Shown: in pieces, positions 1 through 13,929 of the stretch
Numbering within the stretch: position 1 is the stretch's first letter
Layout of the letters: each line of letters starts with the position of its first letter
Source of the DNA: Sphyrna mokarran
Lineage: Eukaryota
Direction of reading: 5' to 3'
DNA length: 64,000 nucleotides
Assembly: GCA_024679065.1 (NCBI GenBank)
Contig: JAGIQG010000003.1
Coordinates: 48,546,001-48,610,000 of the forward strand
The notes under the pieces: model-generated
What the model saw: only the letters and a program-made list of their open reading frames with translations
Database searches by the model: none
Told to the model about the DNA's origin: nothing
Program-made: the position numbers and the translations under genes

Positions 1-1226
1 AAGTAATACTTCATTTTGCTGTTATTCCTATCAAAATGGATGACTTCACATTTACCAACACTGTACTCCATCTGCGAGACCTTTGCCCACTCAATTAGAC
101 TATCTACATCCCTTTGCAGACTTCCAGCATCCTTTGCACACTTTGCTCTTCCATCCACCTTAGTGTCTTCTGCAAATTTTGACACACTACACCTGGTCCC
201 CAACTCCAAATCATCTATGTAAATCATAAACAATTGTGGCCCCAACACTGATCCCTAAGGCACACCACTAGTCACTGATCGCCAACCAGAAAAACACCTA
301 TTTATCCCCACTCTTTGCTTTCTGTTAGTTAACCAATACTCTATCCATGCTAATACATTACCTGTAATACTGTGCACCTTTATCTAATGTAGCAGTCTTT
401 GGTGTGGCACCTTGTCAAATGCCTTCTGGAAATCCAGATGCACCACTTCCACAGGTTCCCCATTGCCCTTATTTTGAGGTTATGCCCCGTAGTTCTAGTT
501 TCACCCACCAGTGGAAGCAACTTCCCAGCTTCTATCTTATCAATTCTCTTCATAATCTTATTTTTTTTTTATAAGATCTCCCCTTCTTCTGAACTCCAAA
601 GAATATAGCCCCATATGTAATGTTCTCAAAAAATTCTACCAAATTAGTCAAACATGACCTGCCCTTCATGACAATTTATATCCAAGTGTCTCGCTATTTC
701 TTCCTTGATGATAGATTCAAGCATTTTCCCTACTACAGAAGTTAAACTAACCTGCCTATAGTTACCTGCCTTTTGTCTATCTCCTTTTTTTAAACAATGG
801 CATACATCTGTGGGAACCCACCCAAGCCCAGCGAATTTTAGTAAATTACCACTAGTGTTATTTTTCCCACCTTTTTTAATACTGTGGGATGTATTCCATC
901 AGGACCAGGAGACTTGTCTACCTTTAGCCCCATTAACTTGCCCAACACTACCTCTCTCTTGATGATAGTTTCCAGGTTCTCACCTGCCACCAACTTTTGA
1001 CATGTTATTTGTATCTTCCATTGTGAAGACTAACACAAGATACCTGTTCAATGCCTCAGCCATTTTTTCATTTCCAGTTATTACATCCCCCTTCTCATCC
1101 TCTAAAGGACCAATGTTTATTTTCGCCACCCTGTTTTGTGTATTTGTAGAAAATTTTGCTAACTGCTTTTATATTCTGAGCTCATTTAATCTCATACTCC
1201 ATTTTATCTTTCTTTATAGTTTATGA
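1..1226 (-). mobile_element. CR1-type LINE ORF2 (RT) fragment, degenerate
   Basis: Antisense CR1 signatures ('ttagtgtcttctgcaaat' = KFADDT; 'actgatccctaaggcacacc' = GVPQGSV; 'caccttgtcaaatgccttctggaaatc' = DFQKAFDKV). Confidence 0.85.
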
Positions 1227-3789
1227 AAGACAGTGGGGCTTGTTTAACTATGCAATTAACTATATTTGCCTTTGAAGAACCAGAGGATGAATGTAAAGCC
1301 ATTATAATAATCTTAAAAGGCTCAAGAAATTGAAACGATGTATGATAAGCCTTGCCACAAATTTATCAACCCTCTTGTGCCAAGTCATCTTTGCCCTCTT
1401 CTGTCATCTACATACTAAATCTAACATGTCCTCTTGCTACAGACTTTTTTCTGTCACAATGACCCTATCTGGATTGCCCACCTTCAATTTTGATGACATG
1501 TCTTTTTTCCCATTTGGAAGAGACAGAACATTGATACATACCTATGAGTGTTATAGAGATTGTCCAGGTTATGCATATCTTTATGATTAAAGGGGAGCTG
1601 CCTTATCCTTTTAATAGACTTTAGAGACTGGCATAAGAACTGGAAGCAAATTATAAAGGCCTGGAAGCAAACTGTTTTCAGCAAGATTGATACATGAATT
1701 ACTACAAGAAAGGGATTTATAGTATTGGACTCTGCAAGAAGTCAATCACCTTCAGAACAGGAGTGATGGGGAAACAATTAGCAGAAAAAGATGTGGTTAT
1801 TAGCCATCATTTTCCTACTTTACAACAGTGTCTCCAGTTCAAAAGTATTTCTCTTATTATAAAACACTTCGTGACATCCTGTGATTATGAAATGTGTTAT
1901 ATAAATGCCAGTTGTTCTTAGTAACAGCAGTTATGGAAAGTGCCGCAATTCAAATCATCTCACTGTTGAAAGCCATCGTGAATCTAAGATTAAAATTGGA
2001 CATATATCAGTTAGGCAATATTAAATCACTATAATTTCACAAATTGAGTATTAATAATACTTAGTAATGTGAGGTGAATTCACCAAATTTAAAAATGTTA
2101 ACGTAAGAATCTAACAACCTGCTTGGTGGAGAAATTCTGTATTGTGTTGTTCAACAAACTTAGTTAATAAAAGAACTACTATTTTATTGATTCAGAAGAT
2201 GGTGTATAAACTGAACCAAATTGCCAACTTTACCGAAAATAAACTCTGATGTTGAAGAAAATAAAGTTTGATGAATAATCATAAGCATTGAAAGCATTGA
2301 GAGGCACTGTGAAATGAGGTTGTTTATTACAGTATAAAAAGTTAATGGATCCGTCAGTCTCAATATAAGTACTTCAGTACTCATGATGTAAAGGCACATA
2401 AAGAAATCAAACGGCACATTTGAAAAAAAGTAATTCAGTGGTTTCAAAGCAGCTCTGTATTACTGTATTACAGCACCAGTATCACTGTCATACTACATGG
2501 TCAGTGACTTATTAGCTATCATTTATTCACATATTTCTGTCTTTAGATGGACAAGATATGTCAAAACAGTATATTGGTCTAGTGGATCAATTTTTATAAC
2601 TTCTGCATTGAGTGTGTTTAGACATTGATTTTAAAAATCATCGGTGAAACAAATTGTGTCTGACGGACAAATAATTTTGTTCCTTGTAGACATAAACCTA
2701 CACAAGTTTGCTCAGTTCAAAAATGCAATTTGTAAAACCCATTTGCAGCTGCGTGGATATAATATATCTGCTTCAAATTTTACAGAAATAACAAGTTTAG
2801 TAAGTTTACTAGGGACTTGGCTGAAACAATAGGTTAGTGCAATTCTAAAATGCAATAACATTGGAAGTAGTCCTCATTTGGAGAGATATTACTGCAGTTC
2901 TTCAATATTGTACAAGTAAAGAATAATTTTTGAATGTCTATATAAGGGCATCTACTTTGTATCACCAGTGAGTATATTCCCTCATGCCTTTATTAATAAC
3001 TATCCATTTTGTCTATAAGTCAATAAAAAATCCTGATAGAGCCAAACTACAGACATTTTTGTGATTCCCATATATCTAAGACAAATACCCTAATTTATTA
3101 GTGTTGAAATTTAATTTACTAAACTACAGTGCTAATGAGCTGTTGCCCCAGGACCACTAATTAGATTCACTTTATTTGTGTCATTATAATTAAATTATCT
3201 TCCACAGTGATGGCCTGAAGTAATCAAATATTTTCATGAAATTTCCTAATGGAATGTTGTCAGCAAAACTAAAGAGCTTCTGAGCTCACTAAGCTGCAAT
3301 TTATTTCCAGGTCATTTCCAATTTATCTTTTGATCTATTTGCGATAAACTGTAAATAATATTCAATATAACACAAAGAAGGCAGTTTAACAAATGCATGA
3401 AAAAACTTATATCATAAATCAGTGACTTATATTGAAATATTGACTCTGAATTCTCATCTTTGTGAGGCTTTGGATCTTCTTGATGTTTCTGGATCATTTG
3501 AATATTTCAAGTGTAAAATTGCACGTTGTCACATTCTTCTGCTGTAAGAATCAGACTGAGTATTTAAAAGGACACATCTTTCTGGACAAAGCGCCACAAA
3601 CAAAAATAGCCTCAACTGTAATTTTAAAAATATTGAATGATGATCTTCTGACATGTTGATAATAATCCAACTTGCAAGTTGTCTTGTGGCCATGTTGTCC
3701 TCTTTTGATCTTCCCTCTAGATTTTTTTTTCCTTTTTGCATGCTTTTTTTTTCCCCCAGGCCATGTACCTTTCATCCCATGAAGTACTA

Positions 3790-4520
3790 CTTAGGTACTC
3801 CAGGATACTTCTTGTGTCCTGGATGACTACGTTTACAAAATCTTGGGCCACAGGTTTTAGAGTTTGAGTAACAGCTGGCTTCAGTGATGTCAAAGAAGAC
3901 CAGATATGTGGTGCAAGAATCCCCTGAATGCATCTTGTTGTCCAAAGGATACTTAGTTCTGAATTCTGGTGATGGTACCTCTGGAGGTTGCAGCCATAAT
4001 CAAGGCCACAGCACCACAACTCAGCTGTACAAGGGGGAAGAAGGAAGACAGGGAAAGCAATTGTGGTAATAGATTCTATAATTAGGGGAGCAGAGAGGCA
4101 TTACTGTGGCTGCAGATGTGAATCCAGGGCAGCTTGTTGCCTCTCTGGGTGGTTGGTGAAGAATGAGTAGCCAGGAGTCATAGGGCATGGTCCATATCTG
4201 GAATAACGATGCAGGTAGAAAGATGAATGATGCTCTGCAGGCATATTTTACAGCATTAGAAAAAGAACCAGCCAGCAGGATTGCATAGGTGTTAATGTCT
4301 GCATTACATACCAGTGCCATATGGTAGTGAGCATTGGAGGATAGAGCAGATGAATGTATGGTGAACAATGGCACAATAAGGAAGGGTTCAGATATCTGGA
4401 ATACTGTGATTGGTTCTGGGATGGATGACACCTTGTACAGGCCAGGCAGATTGCAACTGAACATAATAAGGACTGAATAGTTTGTTTGCACCATTCAGGA
4501 GAGTTTAAACTAATTTGGCA
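3790..4520 (+). mobile_element. CR1 ORF1 (SGNH esterase-like) remnant
   Basis: Sequence near 4058-4150 reads like 'IVVxDSIIRGAERHYCGCRCESRAACCLSG', matching the CR1 ORF1 GDS..VRG..RFCG...SRMVCCLPG motif; frameshifted. Confidence 0.7.
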
Positions 4521-7199
4521 GAGAGGAAAACAAAAAGATGCATAGCTCCAGAATTACAAATAGTGTCAGGAACTTTGCCCCTCCCCTCTACCCTCACATC
4601 TCCTCCCAGTTTTCTGAGATGGGGATGAGGTGGGAGGTGAAGAATGGGAAGAGTGTAGAATAGCATGGACAGGATTCCCTCCAGGATCCTGCATGCTCCA
4701 ATACAGGCAAGATTCTATGATGGGGCAGACAGAGCCTCAGATGGGAAACTCACCTATATCCTAATCATGGCTCTTAAGCGGTCACTTAATGTCCAGCCTC
4801 AATTTTAGGAGCCCAGAGCCTGAGAGTGGGAAACATACAAAACTTGCAATCTCAGGCAGGCAGGCAGGCAGGCTTGGCGTAGGAGCACGTACATTAGAAG
4901 ACCCTTTCAGAGCACCCCCCCTCCCCTCACAGATTTGAGCCAGAGACCATTTATTTGTTTTTCTTTATCACATTGAGGCTGGGAAATTCTGATCTTCATC
5001 ATTCGTATGGACATCACAGAATGAAGCAGTACAACACTCTTGTGCCATATTGACAGCAAACAAAATGATCTATAAAGCAGCTACTGAAGCACTGATATTC
5101 CATTCCAATAATGCAAGTCTGCAGCAAACTTAGGACCACCTTTTATGTACAAAATGAGAGGACAGGCAATTCAAAAGAGGTAAAATGCTAAAAGTGAAAA
5201 ATAACACTAAAATGGTAGAACTTGTGAGAGCAACCAAGAGTGTCATGACCTAAACAAAGAAAAATAAATGAAAAAGACTGTACAAGCCAAATATTAATAG
5301 GGAAGATTAAATACTGCAAGACATAACCAAAAAAATGTAAGATTGCAAAATATAAAGTTAAGAAAGAAGTGCTGAAAATAAAGTAAGGTAAATGTGAAGA
5401 GAATGTTAGATCTTTATTTTCACAATCTATTTGTAACTTCATATTACTACGGTAAAAAGGAAAATTTGAATGCTTGAGACTGACTATTACTTTGCACAAC
5501 TATGGGTCTCGATTCCCATTGGTATGTTCACATTTGGTCATCCCCAGGAGTGTACTTGAATTATTTAACATTGCTCTGAGAGAAAGAATGGTTCTTAAAA
5601 TATGAATATGACAACAGTGGCCTTTTCAATATTCTTAGCAAGTCTGTTTTTGACTGTCAGTTAACTGCCTAGTTACTTATTTGAGGTAAATTAGGTAAAT
5701 ATCACATACCTGATGACAAATCATTACATAATTCTGAGAAAATATCTGGAATAAGTTTTAAATAGTCATACCATAAATATTAGCAGATAATCATGACAAT
5801 GCTCACAGTGAATATTGTTTCATAATAGCTTTGCTTTCTTTATGGAGGGGGGAGCAGCAAGGATCTCAAGGACTGAACACGTCAAATTAATTCTATTAAA
5901 TGGTTTCCATATGATTTGGGGATCAAATTTCACAATTTTGCATAAGCTGTGTGAAAAATGACATTTATATTTCTTTGTGTATGTACATAATTTTCTTCAC
6001 TTATCAGGTTCATACTGCAAGACAGTATGCCAGGCGTACAAACCAGAGATAAATATCTAACATTTGGTGATACCATGTAGCAAAAATGGGCTATATCTAC
6101 ACTGTGGTGCCTCAGTAGTCATGTAAATGCTCATTTATTATAACTAAGGGGAGGTTTTTGTATTTCTGGATAGGCATAATGCCGTCTGACAGCACTGTGG
6201 TGAGATTGCTAGGGTTTGGCCATATGGTGAGGTACTTGATCTGACATTTATGTGCAGGCTGGGCTGCAAACTGAGGGCAGACTGAGATTTGGCTTACTGT
6301 GGCTTTTGATGTCTTGTCAGCAATAATTTGAGGGTAGGGGGAGGTGGTATTTAGAACATGATGCAACTGAGTATGAGTAAAGATGCCTGAGGTCCAGCAG
6401 CATTGGTCTGTAACTTGCTAAGTGACCTCTGAAGTATTTTTTCCTATCTGCCACCTCTATCGCCTAAGTGGCATTAATTAAAATATTCAAATTTTCTATC
6501 AACAGTGCAGGTGGCAAGCTGGTTATAATCGGAGGCTTTCACTTGCAGAAGTTAACTTGCAGTGCCAGAGAGAATGTTTGGCATTAGTTGAGACTTACAA
6601 AGCTGTTAAAAATTAAATTCCATATAAATGGACATGGCCTAACTTACCCACTTGTTTAGTGGGTACCATTTCCCTCACATTTGTAAATGCTGAACTTCTC
6701 AGAGAAACTTCGGTGTTGGAGCACCTCTTGAGAAGCAGGGCAAATCAAACAGATAATTCCTGACTTCTATATTTCACTACACTTGTACAATATCTACAGT
6801 TGCTGTCTGTTACCTCAACATTACTGCTCTGCAAAATCTGAGCTAGTAAACCACTAAAAGATACAAACTACAATTGAATTAGATAAAGCAATCATGTTAT
6901 TGTGTTTTTTTTAATCTAATAAAACTTTAGTTTGGACATTAAGGATTGCAGCTAACTTAGAAAAAGGAGAACATGATTTTTTTTAAATCATTGAATAATT
7001 TTGATTGGTTCTTCAACAAAATGGTAAAATGTTGACATGTTGGGATAGGATTTAATCATTATAAATGTTATTAAGTGGATTTATATTATAGATGTTGATA
7101 AATATGATTTTAATGTTAAATGTTGACATAATTCAAATCGTGACAGAAGGTTTTGTTGAGAGGAAGAATGCACCATATAAAAGCTTTTAATAAGATAAG

Positions 7200-8170
7200 T
7201 TCATAAGGTATAGGAGCAGAACTAGGCCATTCGGTTCATCTAGTCTGCTCTGCCAGTCGATCATGGCTGATGTGCTCCTCATCCCCATTTTCCTGCCTTT
7301 TTCCCATAACCCTTCAACCCAATAAAAATTAAAAATCTGTCTAACTACTCCTTAAATTTCTTCACTGTTCCAGCATCCACCGCACTTTGGGTTAGCGAAC
7401 TCCACAGATTCACAACCCTTTGGGAGAAGTAGTTTCTTCTCATCTCTGTTTTAAATTTGCTATCCCTTATCCTAAAACTATGGCCTCTTGTCCTAGAATG
7501 CCCCACAAAAGAAAGCATCCACTCCACTTCTACTTTACCTACATCTTTTATCATCTTATATACCTCAATTTGATCTCTGCTTATTCTTCTAAATTCCAGA
7601 GAGTATAGGCCTAAACTATTCAACTTCTTTTCATATATCAAAGCCACCAATCTCTGGAATCAACATAGTGATCTTCATCTGAACTGCCTCCAATGATAGT
7701 ACATCTTTCCTTAAATAAGGGGATCAAAACTGTGCACAATATTCCAGGTGCAGCCTCACCAATACCTTGTAAGTTGCAACAATATTTCCTTACCTTTATG
7801 TTTTATTCCTTTAGCAATAAATACCAACATTCCATTTGCTTCCTTTATTATCTCTATACCTGCATTCCTCTGCACTGGAGCATCCCTAAGTCTCTTCTCA
7901 TTTAGATAATAAGTCGCCCTCCTATTTTTTTGGACCAAAATGCATGACCCCACACTTATTCACTTTAAACTCCATCTGCCACATTTTGGCCCACTCTCCT
8001 AACCTATCTATATCCATATTTCAGGTTCTTATTTCCTCTTTGTAACTTACAGTTCTGCTTATTTTTGTGCCATTTGCACAATTGGCTATAGAGCCTTCTA
8101 TCCCTATATCCAAGTCGTTAATTTAGATTGTAAGTAGCTGGAGGTCCAAGGACCAAACTCTGCAGCAAGC
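7200..8170 (-). mobile_element. CR1-type LINE 3' portion
   Basis: ORF 7345..7650 'LGLYSLEFRR...RTRGHS...RRNYFSQRVVNLWSSL' is the CR1 ORF2 C-terminus; typical 3' tail at 7200-7260. Confidence 0.9.
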
Positions 8171-8889
8171 TGTGGATACTAGTTGAACTCCAATTGCATC
8201 CCACATGACGAATCAAGGCCAGGGAAGTTTTCAGGGATATGAAGGCAAGGAATAAGTGAATGAATGGATGCAAATGTAATTGAATTTCCATTTTAAAATA
8301 TCTCCTTAAATCCTACTTAGAATTTCATTTCTAATTAAAAATAATGAAACTTGCAGCAATTTTAAAAGCAGAGAAGTAGAGTTAGTCAAAGCACAGGTGT
8401 TTCTGTATGGGCTAAAACAACAGCCAAAAAAGGAAAACAGAGGCACAACAGTGCCACCATTAGTGGGAGGCTATAATTACAACATGACAAGCTTACATAG
8501 GCAATTTTCATTATAAATGTGTACGTTGGACATTAGAACATAAAAACCAACAAAATTAAAAAATTCAGAACAAGTAATAAGATTTTTAGATCAAATATGA
8601 ATGTTTATGCAAAACTGCCAATTATTAATCTGTTTGAAGCTCTAGAAATTGAAATGTTAAGTTTATATAACAGTGTCACAAGTAGGCTTACATTAAAACT
8701 GCAACGAAGTTATTGTGAAAATTCCTTAGCTGCCACACTCTGGCGCCTATGACTAATGCAAATTAATCTGATTATCATACACTGTTAGCATATTCTGCAA
8801 AACTTTATTTTTTATACAATAATATATTCATCATAATTTATATTTAAGACATACTGCAATCCAAATCAACTGGAGACCTCAGCTTCTTA

Positions 8890-9740
8890 TAATTTGACCA
8901 CATGAAAATTGAATGACCAAAATGTAGGAGTCAGGAACAGAAACAAATCCATTTTTGTATGTAGTGAATGGGAAAATCATGGAAAATGAAGCAGGAAGCA
9001 GAGAGTGGTGGATTGTGAATGTTTTCACCCCGGAAGATGATGGTGGAGTTCTCCAGCTTGGTGTTAGATCCCAAGCTCTGTCTAAGATATACATACAATT
9101 TCAAAATTTACAGAAAACATAAATCTTAAAGTTATAAATTGGGAGGAGAATATTATAAAACTTCATAGAGACAAGGATGGGCTGTGGAAAGGGTGGACAA
9201 ATGGCAGTTTAAATTTAATGCAGAGCAGTATGTAATTATTAATTTTGGTAAAATAAAATAAAGATTCTAATTGTCTGAGTGCAAGCGCAAAAGGGACATT
9301 TATGCTTCTGTGCATAAATAACTGAAGATTGCAGGACAGGTTGAGAAAGCCTGTAATAAAGTATTCAGTATCCCAGGCTTTACTCATAAAAGTATAAAAG
9401 CAAAGAAGTTATGTTAAACTTGTATAAGACACTGCATTGGCCTCAGGTGGAACAACATGTTTGTTTCAGGATACCAAACTTTAAAAAGGATGTGAATCAT
9501 TGAAAAATGTAAAAAATATTCCTAAAATAGCTCCTCTAGTGTTCAATGGTTTGATTGATCTCAGTTTGATTGTGTTGTCTGGTTGAGCATCAAATTGTGT
9601 TTTGCGAGTCAAGTGAGTCCTGCTGATAACCATTTATTACCTTTTCAGGGGTTGCAGTGGTTTTGGAAAGCAGCTTGCCAGCACCTTCTCAAGGGTAACT
9701 AGGGCTGGGTAATAAACACTTGTCTAGCCAGTGATGGAAT
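8890..9740 (+). mobile_element. Highly decayed CR1-type LINE fragments
   Basis: Degenerate RT-region motifs ('tgggaaaatcatggaaaat...ttttcacccc', 'gttatgttaaacttgtataagacactg'). Confidence 0.55.
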
Positions 9741-10555
9741 TGGTGGGAAAATTGTTCTAGATTACGAATGTTTTCTCAGTGCAGCTTCACACTCAAATCT
9801 CCCCACTCTGTGCACTGCAGAGATCCCAATCATGATCATCCCTTACATGATACTTTTTGAAAATAAAGATGTAAATTGTAACCCGTCCAATTTCACAATT
9901 AAGAAATTTTCATTGTTAACTCAGAAATAGAAACCTTTATTTGGTTTTGAAAACAATTCAAGCTTATAATATTACATTTTCTGCCTACACATGCAGCAAG
10001 GATTTACTTCCTTTTCTTTGTATGCCTGTTGATCTCATTGCAAAACAGTGATAATGTAAAAAAAGTGGTCCCAGGTAGGGACGTGTCATCCACAGAACTG
10101 GGTTACAAAAGACTGTTGTAATCAACCACATTGAATAAAATATCCCATCTGGAATTGTATTACTTTGGATTTCACTTTATTGTAAAGCAGAACCCTTTCA
10201 AGATGAGCTTGCCAGTAAATGATCTGAACAACAACTATGCTTTTTACTTTGGCACTTTACCAAAATATTTTTGCATACTAAATGTAAATGCAAATGAAAT
10301 TTTTAATACTAAAATGCCACATTTGAAGCTTATGCTTCCATTTTAAATCTTATATACTAAGTCAACAGATGAATAAAACATTCTCTGCTGCAAAATGTTA
10401 TGCCATTTGTGGGAATGGGGGAGGTGGAAATTGTTCAAAAAGACAATTTGTCAATTCGGACTAAATAGCTTGAATGAAAAGCCAACAATGGATATGGAAT
10501 TTTAGCAGAAAATGTTGCAAATATTCAGGAGGGCAGTCAGAATCTGTGGGTGTGC

Positions 10556-11590
10556 TGAATTGGTAGGAAAACTATTCTAGATCACAACTGTTTCTCAGTG
10601 CAGCTTCACACTCTAATCTCTCCACTTTGTGCACTGCAGAGGTCCCAATCATGAATATCATTAAAAACCCAAGAGGCAGAGCCGATTTGCACCAGAATCT
10701 GATTCCAGAACTCTGCACATGCACAGTGGACTTGGTCGGTCAGTCTCCCCGTTTGCTGGCCAGCTCAATTGCTAGCCAATCCAGGACCCTACAGTGCTGC
10801 CCCTCAAGCCCTGACCCACAGTTTGATGCGGCCCCACAACAATTCCCAGGTCAGCCCTGACAGGCCCGCCCTGGAATACCCTGATATCCAGGCCCATGGC
10901 ATCCAGCAGTGGGGATCCCCCAAGTCCTTCTCATCCCAACAGACAACCCCCATTCCCGCTAACCCCTCCTGGGGTCAGATCCCTCTGCAGAAGAAGACCT
11001 CTGCTGGTAGACCAGCCTCCTCAGGCCACTCTGATTGGTGGTCTGCCTCCTGCCCAGACCAATTGCAAAGCAAAGTGGCAGCATGACTACCCCATGCCCA
11101 CTGAACACTATTAGGCCCCAACCACTTGGCACTGTCTAGTGCTCGGTGGGCAGTGCAAAGGACACAGGCTGGCAGTGCCAGAATATCCTTGCCCAGGGGG
11201 CATCACTTCCCCATCACCCGGCCCCTTCGGGGGCCCCAATTGCCCCCTGACATTCCAGTTGAGTCTCTCCCTAGTTCCCCGAAAATGGGGAGCTATTCTA
11301 AACCCCACCGAAATGAAATACTCCTGGTGGGATAAGAGATTCTGTCGGGACAAGCAAGCCCTTGATAACAAAATACAAAACATATATAAACTAGATTAAA
11401 AAAAGATTCAAATGACTTACTTGTTTTCCTGCTGGTTTCCAGTGTGGTCTGGACTCTGTTCTCTGGCTCTGTAAGATGCACAAGTATTCCGAGTGCATGG
11501 ACAAATCCCAGAAGAAGACTAACTACACGCGTTTCCCAGCCTGACCCACCAGAAAAGTTGTGTGTCACAATGGGAAAATCACCCGCAATG
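10556..11590. mobile_element. ~1 kb non-autonomous DNA-transposon-like element (Harbinger-type termini)
   Basis: GC-rich island ending in 'gggaaaatcacccgc', resembling the GGGC..GATTTTCC / GGAAAATC..GCCC termini seen elsewhere in the window; its ORFs resemble no protein family. Confidence 0.5.
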
Positions 11591-12109
11591 TTTCAGGTCA
11601 GTGATCTTTCAACGGAGTATGATTCAAAATAATGTTTAGATAAAAATAGCAACGATGGGTCAGGTCCTTTTAATCACCATTGCAGTGAATTATTCCCATT
11701 TTTTTGGAGTTTCTACAATTATTGGACAATTCATTCTTCAACAATAACATGTTGGCAATATTGGAACATGAGCAAGTAGAGCTCTCAATAAGCATTTGAA
11801 GAAACACACAGGGTTCTGTCTTTTACCAGTGTAAGACTGATGCAGAGCTAGCAATATAACCTGATGCTACAAAATCTCATAGCTCTCAAATATATAGGAC
11901 AGGATTCTGGTGCCATGGACAAAGTCCCACACTGAGAACAGTGGGTGGCATGGCCATAGGAGCTGGTGATAGAAAAGAAGACAGGATTGTCTCAGGATCA
12001 TCCAATCAATAACTGATAGATATGGGAGCCAGCCAATAAAGCTTTGTGGATAAGGGCGATACTGTCATAGAACAGGCAAACACCATATTTCAAGTGAAGC
12101 AGCACACAG

Positions 12110-12960
12110 GGAAGGCAGCAAATGCAATGCATATTGAAGAAGAGGCTAACAAGTTTTGCATTCATAAGATGATAAGGATAAGTTAAGTGCAGTATAATGT
12201 GAGAAAGTGAGAAATTGTTCATTTTGGCAGGAAGAATAAAAAGTATACTGTATAAATGGTGAGATATTGCAGAATTCTGAGGCGCAAATGAATTTGAGTG
12301 TCCTCATATACGAGTCACAAAAGGTTAGTGTGCAGGTGCAGTAAATAATTGAGAAAATTGAAAACAAAACTAAGGAGGCTATGCTTCAGTTATATAGGGC
12401 ATGCAGTGGGACCACATTTGGAGTACTGTGTGCAGTACTGGTTTCCTTTGTTTAAGGATGGATGGAAATGCAATGGAAACAGTTTGGAAAAGATTTACTA
12501 AACTAATAACAGGAATAGGCAGATTGAGTTATGAGGAAAAACTGGCAGGCTAGACTTGTATCCACTGGAATTTGTAAGAGAAAGAGGTAACTTGATTGAA
12601 ACATACAAGAACCCAGGGGTCTTGACAGGATGGGTTTGGAAAGGATGTTTCCTCTTGTCAGGGAATCTAGAAGTTCATGTCACTGTTTAAAAGTAAGGGA
12701 TCACCCACTTAAGAGATTTTTTTTCTCTCAAGATTGTGAGTCTTTGAAACTCTTTTCCTCAAAAAGTGGTGGAGGCAGAGTTTTTGATTTTGTTTTGAAA
12801 GTTAGAAGTAGATAGATTCCTGATAAGCATCGTGATGAAAGACTATCAGGAGTATGCGGGAATGTGGTTGAGTTTACGAATCAGATCAACCATGATCTTA
12901 CTGAATGGTGGAGCAAGCTCAAAGGGTCATATGGCCCACTCCTGCTCCTCATTCAATTTA
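12110..12960 (+). mobile_element. CR1-type LINE 3' portion
   Basis: 'ccacatttggagtactgtgtgcagtactgg' (PHLEYCVQ.W), 'ERMFPLV.ESR', and 3' tail 'catgatcttactgaatggtggagcaagctc'. Confidence 0.85.
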
Positions 12961-13266
12961 TATGTATACTGAAATTATGTATGCAGAGAATAATATGCAA
13001 AATATAGAATTTCAAACAATGCAAATTAGATTTATCTTCACATTGACATAAATGGGTAGATTATTCCATTCCCACATCCAGGCATTTTGGATCCTGAGGA
13101 CTGCAAATATTGAGCAGGAGGCTTTAATGACTGTATAGGTGACCTGACCAACTTTCCGCAAATTAACTGTTGAGCTTCCTTACAGAATGTGAGATCTTCT
13201 TAGTGTCCAGGCAAACCAAATACCCAAGGCACAGTATGGGGCACCTGAAAGACAAATTTCATTCTT

Positions 13267-13903
13267 GGGCTGGAATTTTCCCCAAATCCAGATGAAACAG
13301 AGGCAGATGGCAAAAAACAATGCCAAAGATGGTTTGCACGTTGGTCTGCCGGCGCTGATGATTTTCTACAGAACAGCAGGAGGGGATAGGAAACCCTCCT
13401 TGCTAATTGAATGTGTTGAGTTCATTATGGAGCTCATTAACTGACTTGCCAATATTTCCATTAGGTGGCGGGCCATTATGAGCTCTCGGAAACTGACCAG
13501 CTACAGACTGATTAATATGGGTGGCAGCACTGAAACACTTCATTTAATGAAAAAAAAGGAAAGTTTGGACAAAAATATACTGTGCATTAATAACATTTTA
13601 GTCACCAACCTTTTCCTATCTTGGGTCCCAGTTCACCATTTGCCCATTGAGGTGAACATTAAGGTGCTCTCATTTTTTTTTTACACCCCAAGGCATTCAG
13701 ATTAGAATGTGACCATCTTCCCTATAGTACCATCGCCAATACTGTAACCCCAGCCACTAACTGAGCAATAGACCAATCTCTACATCATTGGAGTATCTAC
13801 TCGATGAAAAGTGTATTTCAGAACATGCTGGCATTAGGGATGGGTTCATGACTCTGAAATGATTTCATGTCCCAATTCCCATCTCCAACAGGAAAATCTA
13901 GTT
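13267..13903. mobile_element. MITE-like element with degenerate terminal inverted repeats
   Basis: Starts 'gggctggaattttcc' and ends 'ggaaaatctagttc' (imperfect reverse complement). Confidence 0.5.
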
Positions 13904-13929
13904 CTTGGTGTCTCCTGGACGAAATGATG

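Noticed and set aside
10627-11632. Dense cluster of overlapping ORFs
   Set aside because: Falls inside a GC-rich non-autonomous repeat; no domain signal.
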